Origin: Dicyema japonicum
Taxonomy: Eukaryota; Animalia; Dicyemida
Assembly: GCA_011109175.1 (NCBI GenBank)
Contig: RDEW01000022.1
Span: forward strand, 1 to 64,000
Length of the DNA stretch: 64,000 nt
Reading direction: 5' to 3'
Shown: positions 1 through 13,431 of the stretch, in pieces
Position numbering within the stretch: position 1 is the stretch's first letter
How the letters are laid out: every line of letters starts with the position of its first letter
The notes under the pieces: generated by a model
Told to the model about the DNA's origin: nothing
Database searches by the model: none
The model's input: only the letters and a program-made list of their open reading frames with translations
Made by a program: the position numbers and the translations under genes

Positions 1-229
1 CTTAACTACTGTATTGATTGGAATTACTAACAGCAGTTTTATTAACATGTTGTATTGAATTAGAGAAAGTATGAGGTCGATAGTTTCTTTAGGAAGAGCT
101 ATATTCATAGAATAATTGTAAAAAAAGGTTATTAGTATTAAACTCAGGTTCACAGAATTGAAGAATGTTGCATTGACTACGTGCATTTGAGCTTCACGAT
201 TTAAGATCCTCTTCACCAGACGTCTCCAG

Positions 230-410
230 CTAGAAAGGTTAGCGACATGTTTAGCTTTAAAGACGGAGAACATGCAGTCATGCCAGTTGCTATGTGGGAA
301 CCTTATCAGTCTTCCAGTCGTTGACGTACTTCTTATTATTTTCGAAAAGTTAGCTTGTTACACTTTTTTCTCAATAGCTCATATAGTCCTCCATATTGAG
401 TTTCTACTCA
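230..410 (-). repeat. Dispersed repeat of unknown family; diverged copy on + strand at ~45770-45960
   Basis: Reverse complement shares GACTGGAAGACTGAT, TAGCAACTGGC, GTCTTTAAAGC and TCGCTAACCT in the same order as 45866-45953. Confidence 0.7.
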
Positions 411-542
411 TAGTCCATATCATAAAACTGTTTCACCTAAAAATCATCAAATCTTGTTCATGCTCGAAATCATTCAATATAATGTAAAAGTTGTAGCATT
501 TTCATGATTGCAACGTAAATTATTATTAAAAAGCACTTTCTT

Positions 543-735
543 TAGAGAGCCTGACACTGGAGTGTAGGAGGCGGAGCCCGGAGATGCCATATGGTAGGGT
601 TGGACAATTGGAGTTGTTTCAGCAACCAGAATCGAACCTGCCTGAGGAGGCTGACAAACAGGCAGGGGAGGAAGATTGTTGATTATTACATATTAACTTG
701 TTATTGTTGGCTAAATAAAGTGAAGTAATAATAAT
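543..735 (+). mobile_element. 3' end fragment of the RLE-type non-LTR element found at 60470-63665
   Basis: Aligns to 63467-63665 (TAGAGAGCCTGACACTGGAG...CAGCAACCAGAATCGAACCTGCCTGAGGAGGCTG...TAAATAAAGTG), followed by TAA repeats. Confidence 0.9.
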
Positions 736-1889
736 AATAGCACCAGAAACCACGGTTACACAAACTAACTAGATTAGATATTAATGATATTAATTTTGTT
801 CTTGTTTATTCATCATATTTTCATGATTAATTATCACGACATCGAATCTCATTGAAGAAATTGGCATATTTGAATAAAGAAAATAGAGTAATGAAAAATG
901 TGAAAAAATAGACGGAGTTCAACGTACGGAGGGTGACAATATATAAAGTTATTTTCATATTTAAAAATCATAGAATTTACCAAAATGATTTCATTCGATT
1001 CTTCTGGAGAAGACGTCGCTAAAAAGTTGTCTTAGCGGCATAGAGTTGAATAGGTGTATTGACCTATTTGTTGTTCCAAAAAATTATATAAGAATGTGTC
1101 ATATACTTTACCATTCTAGACAAGTCGATGTCTTCTAGAAGGCTTAATAGTTTATGAATAAAACCAAAAAAATTCAGTTCACAATCCATTTAATGTCTGA
1201 AAATGCCGTTTCTACCTAAAATTTTTCTTGAAAAATCAATTTGAATTTCATACCGTTTATAGAAGGGAGAAAGTGAATCTGCATTCATAAAAATACATGA
1301 GGGTTACCCCAAAAGTGATATAAAAATAATTATAGAATAGCGATGAGTTCCAAAAATCATGTTAGATAGAAAAGATAGAAATTACGTAAACAATTCCAAT
1401 CAGTGGAAGTTAAACTGAAGATTTTCACAATACCAAAACCAGTAAGAAAAATGATAACTTGAGATTGAATAAATAAAGGACATATAAAACTCCATTAAAT
1501 GTCTAAAATCCGTTATAAATAACATGGCCCTGCAGTTCTATTAGAACAACCAAGTTAGCTGAATGATTTAAGCATGCACACAAAATGTGAACTATTTCAT
1601 TTCATGAAGAGTCAAGCGAATGAAATTAGCTTTCGAACTTACAATATTAAATGAGGAAATTGAGCAACTATGGATATTATGTTGTGCGTGTGGTGACTAG
1701 TCAATTCCAAGTACTCCGTTAGTAAGAGATAAAATTAAAAATTTTCCTTCATCGGATCAAAAAGTAATTTTCGAAGAATAAAAAATCAATTTGAATTCAG
1801 CCGGGAAAATGATTAATTATAAATTTGTTAAGAAATAGTGTATACTGGTGCCACGTGATCAGCATAATTTGTATAGGTAATTTGGCTAG

Positions 1890-2200
1890 ATAAATGGATT
1901 TATAAGAAGACAGCCGAATTGATGATAAACAATGTCAAAATCCCATACAACAAATCTCAAAAAATCCTGGGAATAACCTTCGACGTGCACGTGTTTTTTT
2001 CTAAATTTTGATAGCGTTCTTATAAACTGCGAAATCAAAATAATATTGGTTGAAATATATCTCTCAGAGCTATGGAGAATAGGAAGCCTTCTTATCCAAG
2101 GAGTATATCGAGCCATGCAGGGTCAATCAGTCTCATGGACAAATGCTGAAATCTTCTTAGTTACCAACAAATGGGATGAAAATCGACGCTATGATAAACT
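1890..2200 (+). mobile_element. Degenerate LINE reverse-transcriptase C-terminal fragment (I/Jockey/CR1 group)
   Basis: Translates to LMINNVKIPYNKSQKILGITFDVH, the typical RT thumb motif; related to 29790-30300. Confidence 0.65.
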
Positions 2201-2814
2201 TTTGAAAAAAATGCTACTTACAACTGCTCCAAATCCCAGAGTCTTAATAAAAATGGGATCTGCGACCAACATGAAGATATTCGGCTCTTCGTCTGCGTGC
2301 GTGGTTTTGCTGGCTAGAAGGATGAGCTTAGACGAATACAAAAATAATCAAAATGGGATCACATGATTAGTTAGTTTAGTTTTATTGAGGATCTTGGATA
2401 TTTTTTGTTATAGGAAATACTTTGGAGGAAGATAAAAATATAATATTGGCCCAATAATAGATAGGATTGAAAAATAATAGTAAAATTGTTCCAAAATATG
2501 GATAATAAGAGAAATGAATATGAAATATGTAAATAAAAGAATAATTTTCTTTATTTTCAGCAATAATACTGTCTTCACTATTAAAAAGGATAGAATTGTA
2601 ATATGAGAGATAAATCAAAAAGTTATCCGATAAAATTTTGATTGATCTGGTTACTTTCAATAGTGGAAAAAAATTACACGAAAATAGATTAGCAACAGCT
2701 GCCAATAAAAATGCGGTCTAACCGCGATTTTAAACCTTTATTTAATTATTTAATAAATGGTTAACCATGCGTAATTTCATTATAAATAATTTTATATTTA
2801 AAAAATTTTTATTT

Positions 2815-3200
2815 AACAACCCAAAACCACTGTATATCCTAGCTAATTATCACGTTATTCCGATGCATTTTAACAGTGACTTCATCTTTGCATGGTGTTC
2901 TTTCCTCGTGCCCGCGTATGAACGTACAGGACGGTTGACTGATTTTTCAAAGCCACATTCCCTTGATCTGCAGTCTAGTCAAATAAGACCTCAGAGGTGT
3001 CGGTCTAGTTCGGTGATTTCTAGAAATCGAATAGTTGAATATCGACGTTAAGAAGGTGACTCCAATACAATGTCCTCAAGCCTATAAGAACCAAGAAATT
3101 GAAGTAAACGTCCAGTCTATGCAGCTGTAAAATCTTCCAGTTGAGTGGTGAACAAATAACAAATACGATTTTAAAAAAATTAACAGCTAGTTTATTAAGA
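2815..3200 (-). mobile_element. CR1/L2-like LINE 3' end fragment
   Basis: Homologous to 30965-31255 (CTAATTATCACGT, TCGTGCCCGCG.ATGAACGTAC); minus strand gives an RGH-type C-terminal motif. Confidence 0.65.
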
Positions 3201-3569
3201 CTAGCCGCTTTCAGCATTGATTACTCATTCTTTCACCATTCTTAAGAAAATGCGTCAATGAGCCAACTCCTCTCTCATAACTATCTTTTCCTGATAAAAT
3301 TACCAATACAATTCAGCAAGATAAGTGAGTTACCCCTATTAATCCCAGAAATTTTGAGTGCAGCCGGTTTAAAAACTATCTGTCCTCGCTGACTTTCGTA
3401 TCTCTTTAAGAATTTCGGTTCTTTTCAAGGTTGATCTTGTGAATTGTCGTTATTTCATATTAATTTACTTTGTATTTCAATAAAGTCAAATGGCTTAGCA
3501 ACAAATGTTGACCTTAAAGTTAAAGAGAAATTTGAAGAATTAAAAGAACAGATATAGTCGTAACAGTCA

Positions 3570-3900
3570 TAGGATTCATCGAGTGTTCGGAATTTCCAAA
3601 TTCTTGTTTTGTGCAGGTCCAAGTACTCACGTTGTATAAAAATTTAGGTTTCAAAGCTACATTATATAGACAGACTCTGTACAAGACAGATCTTCTTTAT
3701 CTTGTCAGTGTGACAGATGCCAGTTTTATTCTTCTTGTAGTGTCCTTTGCCTTTGAGAAAGGACCCTATTCACGAATTGTAAGAAAATGCGTTGACTATA
3801 CTGTTTGTTTTGTACCATCGTCCCTAGATAGTTTCCACCTTATTAACTGAAGAAGAGTTTCCAAGTGGATAATTGGTCGATAATGAGCTGGTAACGTATC
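3570..3900 (-). mobile_element. Degenerate RTE LINE fragment
   Basis: Minus strand LYNVALKPKFLYNVSTWTCTKQE matches LYDSFIKPVLLYNAGTWATS of the RTE copies in this window. Confidence 0.75.
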
Positions 3901-6749
3901 TTTTATCCATTATGACATAGTTCTAGTAATTGGATGTCTTCATCTCCTCAATGTAGAAATAACATCTCATGCACTTTCTTAATGGACTCAGGAAACCAAA
4001 GAAGCATAAGATCTACAAATGACTGGCTCAATTTGGAAAACTTGGAAAAGTTTGTTTTGAAAAAAGGGAATTATTTTTAGTTGTTAAATACAAAAGCTCT
4101 CGTAGCAATGTGTTGTAAAGAACTTTAGAGATCTCAACTAAGATGTCTTGATAATAGTATTTGTCAGTCAGAAAGGAATATTTTTTCCATTAAGATCTTT
4201 TGGATTTCCTGAACCACAAAGACAAGAAAAACATACAAGTCCTTGCAGTTTAGAGGTCCTATTCAATAGAGTGAAAGAATAATGAACTTTTATCTTGCAA
4301 TCCACGACTGGGTATCACCTACAAGAGAAAGTAAGAAACTAAGGAAATGGAAGAAAACTTTGATCGAATAGCTAATAATGAATATGCCCATTAAGTCAGT
4401 GAACCCAACCTTTTTGTTACGTTACATTAATAAACGTTAGACAATTTTACCACGGCGTGGTGTTGAGCAATCACAGCACAGCTCACAAGGCACACAAACA
4501 CACTTACAACACTAGCGACTAAGCTTACAAGTCGTATGACTAATTTTATCACAAAGCGTACAAACTGAGATAAATAACATAAACATTACGCAAGCTACAT
4601 TTTTCGCCGACCAGGTACCACATCGTCTACGGATCGCACCGGTCTGAGGACTGCTGGTTAAGATCACAACATTAAGCCACCTGGTTCAATCGACAAATAG
4701 ATACCTTTTCAGAAATCTAACTAAAAATACATTTTTCAAAACATTATTTATTATAATTTAAATTAAATTATTAGAATTATGCAAAATATTATATAATTAT
4801 ACTCAATTTATTCACATAATAATTGAATAATCACTAATATATAAACTATCTCAAATACAGAGATTCACCATAAATAGTGCAATATTCAATAATTTCATTC
4901 GTAAACATAAAAGTCAAACAAATGTCAAAAAATGTATTTTCTAAACGTCTCAACTGTATTTTGCAAGAAGACAACAAAGAGAAAATACTAAGCCTAAGTT
5001 ATCGTCAAAAATATTCAACTTGAATAAATATTCCAAAATATGACATCTCATTGTTAACAGATAAATCAATAATATAATCTGGAGTCTATAGTGTTTTCTG
5101 TACGTTTAGAAAACTTTAGTCAATGGAATTAAAGAAATGTAAATTGAATGTCGTTAATTTTAAAATTTTTTCTCTTTGAAAATTTCAACTATAATGGTAT
5201 TTTCGTGATTCCATCTTTATCTATCCATTTCTCGAAAATTATTATTCTGTCACAGAAAAATTAGTAATCAGAAATCAAAAACTCTTTTATATTGATGCCA
5301 CTAAAACTTCAACACAAAACATAGAACCAAATTAAACTTATCGAATAATTGATATGAAAAAAAACTAACGACATAACCGACCTATTACAGTATATTTTCA
5401 GGGAGGTAAAATCGTGACTGAAACGTATTGTACGGGAAAAGATGTGATTCCCAGAAGAAGAATTATTTCCTTTCTGGAGGTTATTAGAACTTGAAGCTTG
5501 AACGAGTTAAAGTAGTTTTCTATTTTTTTACAAATTCTTTCACCGATTATACGAGAATTAATATTTGTCTATTTCAAAGCCACTCTCTCAAAGTATCAGG
5601 GCGAACGTCACTTTTGCATCTCCAATTTACATGATTCCCACCTTAACAGGTGAAACACGTGGTTCTGCGCTGATTTTTCTTGGATAGAGTAGAACTGGGG
5701 TCATCCATGGAATAATATAGTTAAAAATATTTTATATTAAAATTGAAATTGTGCCGCAAATGACTACCATAACTGAAGTCCATTAACAGATGCCTACGAG
5801 TTTCTAAGTATTTCAAGCACGTGTTAATATGTCTGAATGATCTCTCCAATATTAAGATATTCCATTGAGTTATATAACGGAACAGCTTTCATTTGACCGT
5901 ACAATCTTGTGTTAAAATACAACAGACAAGACGATGTAATATTGCATATAAATTTAATATTGTGGATATTGTCTCCAAATTTGCATTTTTGTTCTTACAT
6001 TGATCAGTTACAGTATATCGGATATAATCAGTAAATCAAACAAACGAGGACTTAAAAATGACGAACAAGATGATTTTGGAATTTTGGATTTGCTTTGATT
6101 AAAATTAGAAACTACAAGCGAAAGACTACCATAGCCCTAACTGAAGTCCATTTAAATTAAACTCAAAGAAATTTAGCTTAAAACTTCTTAGCAGCGAACA
6201 TTGGATTCAATGTGTCTTGGAACATTGGATTCAATAATTTTCACTGTTCAGCCAAAATGAAAGTTGAGTTTTTACATGTTTCATTTCACATGAAGTCGTC
6301 ATTTGAATATTTAATCGACTAATATCAATTTGAATATTTAACCGAATAAAATGTTGAATTATTTGAAAATTAAAGTCTTAAATAAAACCCCACATGTTTT
6401 TCCTCAAAGCAGACTTGGCCAACTTAGTATTTCATTGCCCCAGTTTTTTTAATTTTGCGAAAGCAAGAATCGGACTTTAAATTTGTGAATCCAATCCATT
6501 TTTAACTACAGTTTTCCAATGAGCGATATGTTATATCTACTTTAGGGATAATAAGATATCAAATGTACCCAAGTAAATCCTTGATCCATCGAGTTAAATT
6601 ATCACAAAATCTTCTGACTTATTATCACTATGTTAACTGTCCTAATAAAACAAAAATATAAAACTTTTATTAAATATTAATTTTTAATAATAATAAAACT
6701 TATTAACTAAACTGCGCTGATTGACTAAAATTATGCTGGTTTTGTCTAA

Positions 6750-6885
6750 TGAGATGAGCTGTTCAGGATTCTCGACCCCGCAGGACTCGTCCTCACCTTT
6801 GTCGGTCTGGGATCACTTAGTTAGATGAGAACTTTTATTTCTTTCTCTTTGACCCAGTGATCCTGGGGGTAATAATAATAATGCT
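6750..6885 (+). repeat. LINE-like 3' terminus with (TAA)n tail; related copies at ~55370-55450 (-) and ~59740-59830 (+)
   Basis: Shared GGATCACTTA(G/A)TT(A/T)G core; this copy ends in GGGGGTAATAATAATAAT. Confidence 0.55.
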
Positions 6886-9800
6886 GTTTTAAGGAGGACT
6901 ATAGATTCAGAAGCGTTACTAGCTTAGGCAATTCTAATTGTTGTTTGACTATTGGAAAATGGTTAGTGTATTTGGTGTCACTGATATTTAGGCTCGGTAG
7001 GATAGAAGAGGGGTATTCCCATTCCGGAAAAGATGCAAAGAAAACTTGCTAGTCTGATCGACTAATTCTGTCAATACTGCCTAATGACTACTATTTTCAG
7101 ATAGATATTTAATCTGAAGGTATTCGTTCCTGAACAACCGTTGGAAGTGAAAATAGCTAAATAATACAAATTTAAAATAACTTAATTAGAAAGCAGGTCA
7201 AATACATTTACCTACTCAAAGTAAAATATAGTACAGGATTCCCTTTAATTTCACCTCATCCTCCTCATCATCAGTGGTGTCTCACTTAGTCATTTAGGAC
7301 TCTATCTTTCTTTTTAGCGTGGTTATTTAAGGCAGTTATGAGTGGAAAGGATAAAAAGTGTATTTATGACAATGAATAAATTTCCTTAGTAAATTACAAA
7401 TAGAATTAACCTGGTTTAACATAGATTACATTATAATATGTGAACTGCTTTAGCATTTGTTGCAGTACCTTTGCCTCCGGAACTTATGTACAAAATGAAC
7501 AATGAAACCGTGACCTTAAACCGCATCTAGTTCAATTACGCGTAAAAATCAAGATTTTTGCAAAAAAGTGAGTATAAGGAACATAGATAATCCAAAGCAT
7601 TTAAATAAAATGGTATGTTTTAACGAAACAAATTTATAGATAATAAAAATGTTGATTTTTTAAATTATTGTTCTTTAATGGCTTTACTAAGCTCCATAAA
7701 TTCATCAATTCTTAAACTAATAAAATTAAACATACTGTTTTTTCTTTCTTTTAGTAAATGAATCAACCGATTTTTTGTTTCTAAAATTTAAATAAATTAA
7801 AAATAAATTATTAATAAAATATTTAAAATTTAAATAAAAATTACTTTATGTTCTTAGTGTTTAAATAATCTTTAACTTTTTGAAAAGAAGACTCTTGTGG
7901 CCATTTCTCTATTTCCATGAGAGAGTCAGTTTTTACAGGATTTTGTATTTCTCGGAAAAATTTAACAGGGACAACTTTCTCTCCAAATTTTACGCTTCAA
8001 TTTTCTTCTTCCTTCCTTATTCAAACCAGACGCTTTGAGGGTTTTGTTAGTGATCACGGATGCTGTATCGTTGAGTGTAAAACAAGTTGAAAGGCCGTCA
8101 GAATTTTCGTCAAATGTTTCATTCTTTTAGTTAAAGTACCAATTAATTTGTGGGGATTCGCTTTTGAAGCTGTTTACCCTTTGAAAGTTTTCTCCGATAA
8201 ACGTTCTTACGACTCATGTGGAGATTTAAATTTTATAAATATTTTATTAAAAATTATATTTTTTAATTTACAAAATAAATTTAAATTTTATTATATTTTA
8301 TAATTCACATTTTTATTTTCACACAATTACCTACCTGATCGAATGATACCGTTTACTCTGTGGCTTTCTCAAATTATGAGTTATGTGATCCAAATGTCTC
8401 AGAAAACGTCCATTTCTAATCTGCATTCAAATAGGATTTCTCTATTCCTTTTTTTCAGCAAAGGGGTTCCACAATGAAGAATTTGATGGACGTATACTTG
8501 GAGAAGATACGCCTTAGTCTGACCATACGAACTGAGTAATCCTTGATTTGATGGTAGTTAACACTTAACTTCTTTCTTTATTATGTTTTTCTTTGATTCC
8601 TTTGTTGTTATTAATTTTTATGGATAACAAAAGAATTTATTACATTTAGAAACAATCATTCTGACTGAGGATCATACAGTATTCCCCTGATTTCATGGCT
8701 ATTTTTCTTAAAGATGGTGAGAGTGATTCGCACAAATAACGATTAGCTTTAATGGAAATATCCAGTGAAATTTCATTCTCTAAACGACCCAGGAATTCGC
8801 GCGTCGAAGGGCAGGGGAATCAGATGTTTCAAATCAAACTAAGCAAAAAAACATTTTTTAGGTAGGACTGCGTATTTTGCTCGCTTTGATCTCTCTCCTT
8901 CTCAGCGGTAGAGCAGGCTCCAGAAGAACTCAGATTTACATTGAAGGAGCTATTTGTTGATTAGATGAAGTCCTATACATGAGGTTACACGGCTTCAGAT
9001 GGGAAAATGGTCACCCCATGGAGTCGTTTTGCTTCAAGTCTGCAAAAGGAAATAGGTAAATGTCGAGCGCAAATGAATCTATTTTACCTTTGGCATTTAT
9101 TTAATTATTCAAAGCAAAAAACAGCGCTTTTCGTCCGTAGTAGACCAAATTAGACTTTTTAAGAATCCTATACATTAGAGGAAAAAATTTGTTTGTTGAA
9201 TAATTCACCTCCTTATGAATTTATAAATAATAATTTATTCATTACTTTTAGATTGACAGATTTTATATGCCAATCACGAATTTGCTATTTAACAATATAT
9301 TCGAGATTAATTTATAAACTTGAAATATCGTTCCACGTTTAATTGACAATAGCAAATAATTTAGCAGAATTTAATGTCGTTTATAAAATTTATAAATAAT
9401 CATAATATATAATTTATTCTTAAATTTGCATTTAATTTAAATATGAATATTATAGTGATAACCAAATAATATCATTTCGAATTTGATGTGATTTATTATT
9501 CCAAGTCATACTTCTATCAATACTCAGTGAATTCCCTTTACTACTTCATTGTCAAAGACTTCTCTTCCTTCCCCTATTCCTTCTCTTCTCACCTTTTAAC
9601 TAGAGAAAATCATGCGATTCACTCATCTCAAATAGCACCGTTCAAGATGGAACAAAAAAAGATCGTTTCTTTCCCCACTCCAATAAACACCAATATTACT
9701 TAAAGAGGGGACTGAATAAGACAGGAAATATGAAGTTTTGACTATTTTTTTTATTGTGAGTAGACATTGATAAATTAATGATTTTTAAATATCTAGTCAT

Positions 9801-9889
9801 TTTATATCAGAGTATAATTTAATATTAAATAATGGTTGTAAATGAAATCTGAATATTTATTAACCAACAAAACCCCATGTTAATTTTAA

Positions 9890-10788
9890 TTAAATTAGTA
9901 TCATAAGTACCGTCAAAGCGATCACTCCCAATAATGTTGCAAAGCGATGATTTGCAGACGAAGTTGTGCGTATAAGATTATTTAGCGGAAAAAGTGTAGC
10001 GGTCGAGTCTACAAATATAAATAATTAATATAATTTTAGGAATAGATTAATAAATATTAATATTGTACCCTCAGTCGTAGTCTCCGTTGATGTTGTCGTA
10101 GTTGGTTCAACTAAAATAATCGCATGAAATATGTGAATTAAAAATGACCCAAATAAACGACATAATCTACTAATTTTTTATTTACCTCGAATAGGATTAG
10201 TAGATCCGCAATTAGTATCTTAAAATCATTATGAAAATAACCATCATAAGAAAAATTTGTGATTTTCCCTGTAATGAATATTTGTATTTTCATTTTTTCC
10301 CCTGTAATTACAAAATCCTGAATTCGTTGTTCAAAAGTATCACACTGATAAACAGTTACGAAATAACGTCTAATAGGAGCATTATAACCATTTCCTAAAC
10401 ATATTTTAAAATGGTACCCGATTTCTGAATAGAAAATATTTTTAATAAAAAATTATTATTCTCTTTTTGAATTAGAAACCTGAGTTCTATATCATCAACC
10501 GTGAATTTGATTATAATATATCCATTACTAAAGTCGATATAAATAACTGTATTGTTAAAATTCGTGATTTTATTCTAAAATTATACAATTTCTTTACATT
10601 TTGCAATTCCGCAACATTAAAAATTCCACCAAATATTATGGAGTACCCCATAAAATCATTGATGTACCAAGTTGGTACCGATTCATTTGATAATTTTGGT
10701 ACTGTTTTGGAATTCGCAAGGCCAATCGAAATAATAATGTACATCACAATCCCTATTAAATTGTTTTATTTTGGCAACCTATAACCAT
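9890..10788 (-). CDS. Secreted, probably GPI-anchored LAMP-like surface protein, 7 exons, 222 aa, intact
   Basis: Removing GT-AG introns 10753-10778, 10575-10597, 10395-10417, 10219-10241, 10111-10185 and 10009-10068 gives an open frame: signal peptide MVIGIVMYIIISIGLA, YNAP..YQC..MKIQIF..NF..C domain, Thr-rich stalk, hydrophobic end LLGVIALTVLMILI*. Exon boundaries are mirrored in the paralog. Confidence 0.8.
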
Positions 10789-10974
10789 ATTTTTTACTAT
10801 TTATTATTATAATTATCCAGGAATAATTTATTATTTATTTATTAAAATAATTTTTTATTTTAATTTAAGTTTAATAAAAATTTATCAATCTCATGACAGT
10901 TTAAATTTAATAAAAAAATTATTGCATTAGAGAAAAACGTCGTGCTTTATGATCTTTACTTTCAATAGAAGATT

Positions 10975-11170
10975 AACTAACTCGTCGCCTTCATTGACCT
11001 TAAATGGGTAACAATCCCTTCCCAAATTCAACCAAAATAACGAGGGTCACTTATGACCTAATGAGCAAAAAATGTGAGCAACATAATCTCTTTTTACCAC
11101 CGAAAATTGTACTTTGTAGACTACGCTACTTTGATACTACAAGGGATTGCTTCACCCATCAGTAGATCAT
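10975..11170 (+). mobile_element. LINE RT C-terminal fragment, co-duplicated at 24120-24340
   Basis: Copy B translates to LTLNGITIRSTNSTKTMGVTYDQLMTFKKHVRNI. Confidence 0.7.
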
Positions 11171-11699
11171 CTCTAATATCAATATATTCTCTTGTCAATT
11201 AGCCACTGTTGCACGGTTTGGGGTTCTAATATATCCCATACAAACCTTAAAAAATAAACTCCTTTCAAAAGACAATTAACATAGACTTTACAAAGATCCT
11301 TCTCGATATTAAAACCAACCCCGTTCGAGAAACTCCTGATGAATACGGAAGCTCTGCCAAAACATCTAAATCTCCATAAAGTCATTTGTCCACTACGAAA
11401 ATGTGTCGGCACTCTGGAGAAATACAGAGGAAAGATGATGCTCAAAGAGGCTAGGATCACCTGACGACCCATAATCTCTTTTAGTTGTCGGTGATTCTTG
11501 TTCTAAATAAATAAATTAGTTTCGTAGTAATTTAAAGTGCGAGTTCTGTCTAAGCTGAGATTTAATAATGGAAACATCTTAGAAAGAACTGCTGTCGTTG
11601 TTGGCAATTTAAATGAATAATTTTTTTTAATTATGCATAAATATACTTAATATTAAAAATTAAGTATCAAGGCTTCCTTCACACCTTGAGACATGAATG

Positions 11700-12560
11700 C
11701 CTTAGGTAACGAGCCTCGCTCAATCTGCAAGATGATGGATGGTGGACATATCGATCAAGCGTTCACAACGAAATTTTTGCTCCTCACACACTTTTAGACC
11801 AAAACATAGCAGGTGGCTATTTCACTGCCTTATCATCTATCAGTTTGCCAATCTCGGAAATGGATATGCGTTCAGCTACCGTTTTTAGACACGAAAGACT
11901 TTTTGTATCCCCATGTCTTTTTGTATCTCCTGCACACTGGAAACAATTCTCCCTGTACTTGGATTGGTATGCAGAGTGTCCGATTTGTTGGCATTTATAG
12001 CAAATCTCCGCATCCATTAGCAAGTGACCTTGTTTCTTCCAATAAAAAAAGTCGCATCGGACTAGCGATGTGGCCTCTGCTTTGTATCCGACTGACGCCT
12101 TGGCCATTGGCAAGTCTGTCATCCTCTGAACATTTAAGAGATCTTCCTAGTGGATGGGACCATCTCTTGGAGATAGTTCACGAGATCGCTGTTCTCAACC
12201 CAAAGTGGTAAGTTCTTCATTACAATATCTGATGGCCTCAAGGTTATCTTGGTGATTGTCAGGTCCGAAGAGGCAAGCATCGTTCACGGGTTCTATAAAA
12301 GCTATCGTGTCAGAGTTGATGTAGAATTCAAGGCGAAAGGTGCCTGAGCCTCTGTGGCTCATCCTCGTAGATCTTGATTCGTCGTGAGGGTACAGTACAT
12401 TAAAGATCTTAATGGCGCTCATAGTTGAGTATGCTGAGATTTGAAAATTCAGGTTGTCTGAGTACTCCATAGTGGTGTCGGTCGTTTTCGTATAGCTTTC
12501 ACTAACAGGTTCAGCTTTCTTGCACATGGGTTCTGGATTAGTCGCCGTTATGGCATTCCA
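11700..12560 (-). mobile_element. Degenerate gag-like ORF1 with zinc knuckles (I/Jockey-type LINE)
   Basis: CYKCQQIGHSAYQSKYRENCFQCAG in ORF 11817-12122; higher GC than flanks. Confidence 0.7.
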
Positions 12561-12739
12561 TTAGCGGTGTAAATTCTTAAACTTTGCATGGCGTCTTGTT
12601 TTTTTCTGTGTAGGATTTGACATTTGCAGTTCCCAGAAGGCGAAAAGAGTTGCTCTTCTGTTTTGTTATCACCAAAATTTAAGGGTAAAACAAATTTTAA
12701 TGTGAAAATAAACCATTTTTTGATTTTCTCATTTTCAGA

Positions 12740-13050
12740 CGTCCTCTGGAAACATTTAATTTCTCCGCGTGCCTGAATAATTTCTCAATTGGATTGAGAA
12801 ATGGCGAGTAAGGAGTAATGGAACATGAAGATTTTCCGTATAATGATGAATGCAGGCATTATCCAAGATGTTGGTTTTTCAATCCCCTTTTCATAACAAA
12901 GAATTTTTTAAGGATTCCATAAAAATTGGTCATTGATGTAATTTCTGGTTCTGTTGGCCCCTACAGAAATATAGTTCTTCCTCGTCTTGGTATTAAGGAT
13001 ATTGAAAATACGACCTCATTATGATTTTTAAGATGTTCTTTCATCCAAAA
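12740..13050 (-). mobile_element. Tc1/mariner (IS630-like) DDE transposase remnant
   Basis: Minus strand ILDNACIHH followed (with frameshift) by PYSPFLNPIEKLF. Confidence 0.75.
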
Positions 13051-13284
13051 ATAATGTTAATGAGTAGAAAGCAACGCTATTTATTGGGAAAGTGAAGCGA
13101 ATGCTCGGGAAACCTTATAAAAGATTTATAAACATTTCGGCAGTCATGTATTTTTCAAATGATCTTATTAATTTCTCCGTATTATTGTGAACTTTTTTGT
13201 TGATTTGAAGTTGCTCAAGTAAATAGTCATTACCTGTCGACCTAAGTAAATTATTCTTCTGATATTTTATCTTTAATATTTAAT

Positions 13285-13430
13285 GGTCGACTGACGGCAA
13301 CCTTACCAATAGTCCTTGATAAAGACATTAAAGAAATCGAGAGACGCCTCAAGGATGGGGAATACCTCAACAGGTTGCGGGACATGGCAAAGAGTCGTCA
13401 GAGATGTATGAAGTATCCAGTAGTTTGATT
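13285..13430 (+). mobile_element. RTE 3' coding fragment
   Basis: GRLTATLPIVLDKDIK...LNRLRDMAKSR matches GRPRTTLPIVLQKDL in the RTE at 22730. Confidence 0.75.
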
Positions 13431-13431
13431 T

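Larger units (their letters stand above)
9640..11170. repeat. Segmental duplication copy A; copy B = ~20940-21100 + 22955-24340
   Basis: Colinear high similarity over the gene, its upstream AT island and the adjacent LINE fragment. Confidence 0.92.

Noticed and set aside
10395-10445. Frameshift in the 9890-10788 gene
   Set aside because: Resolved by a 23-nt intron (10395-10417) that is conserved in the paralog
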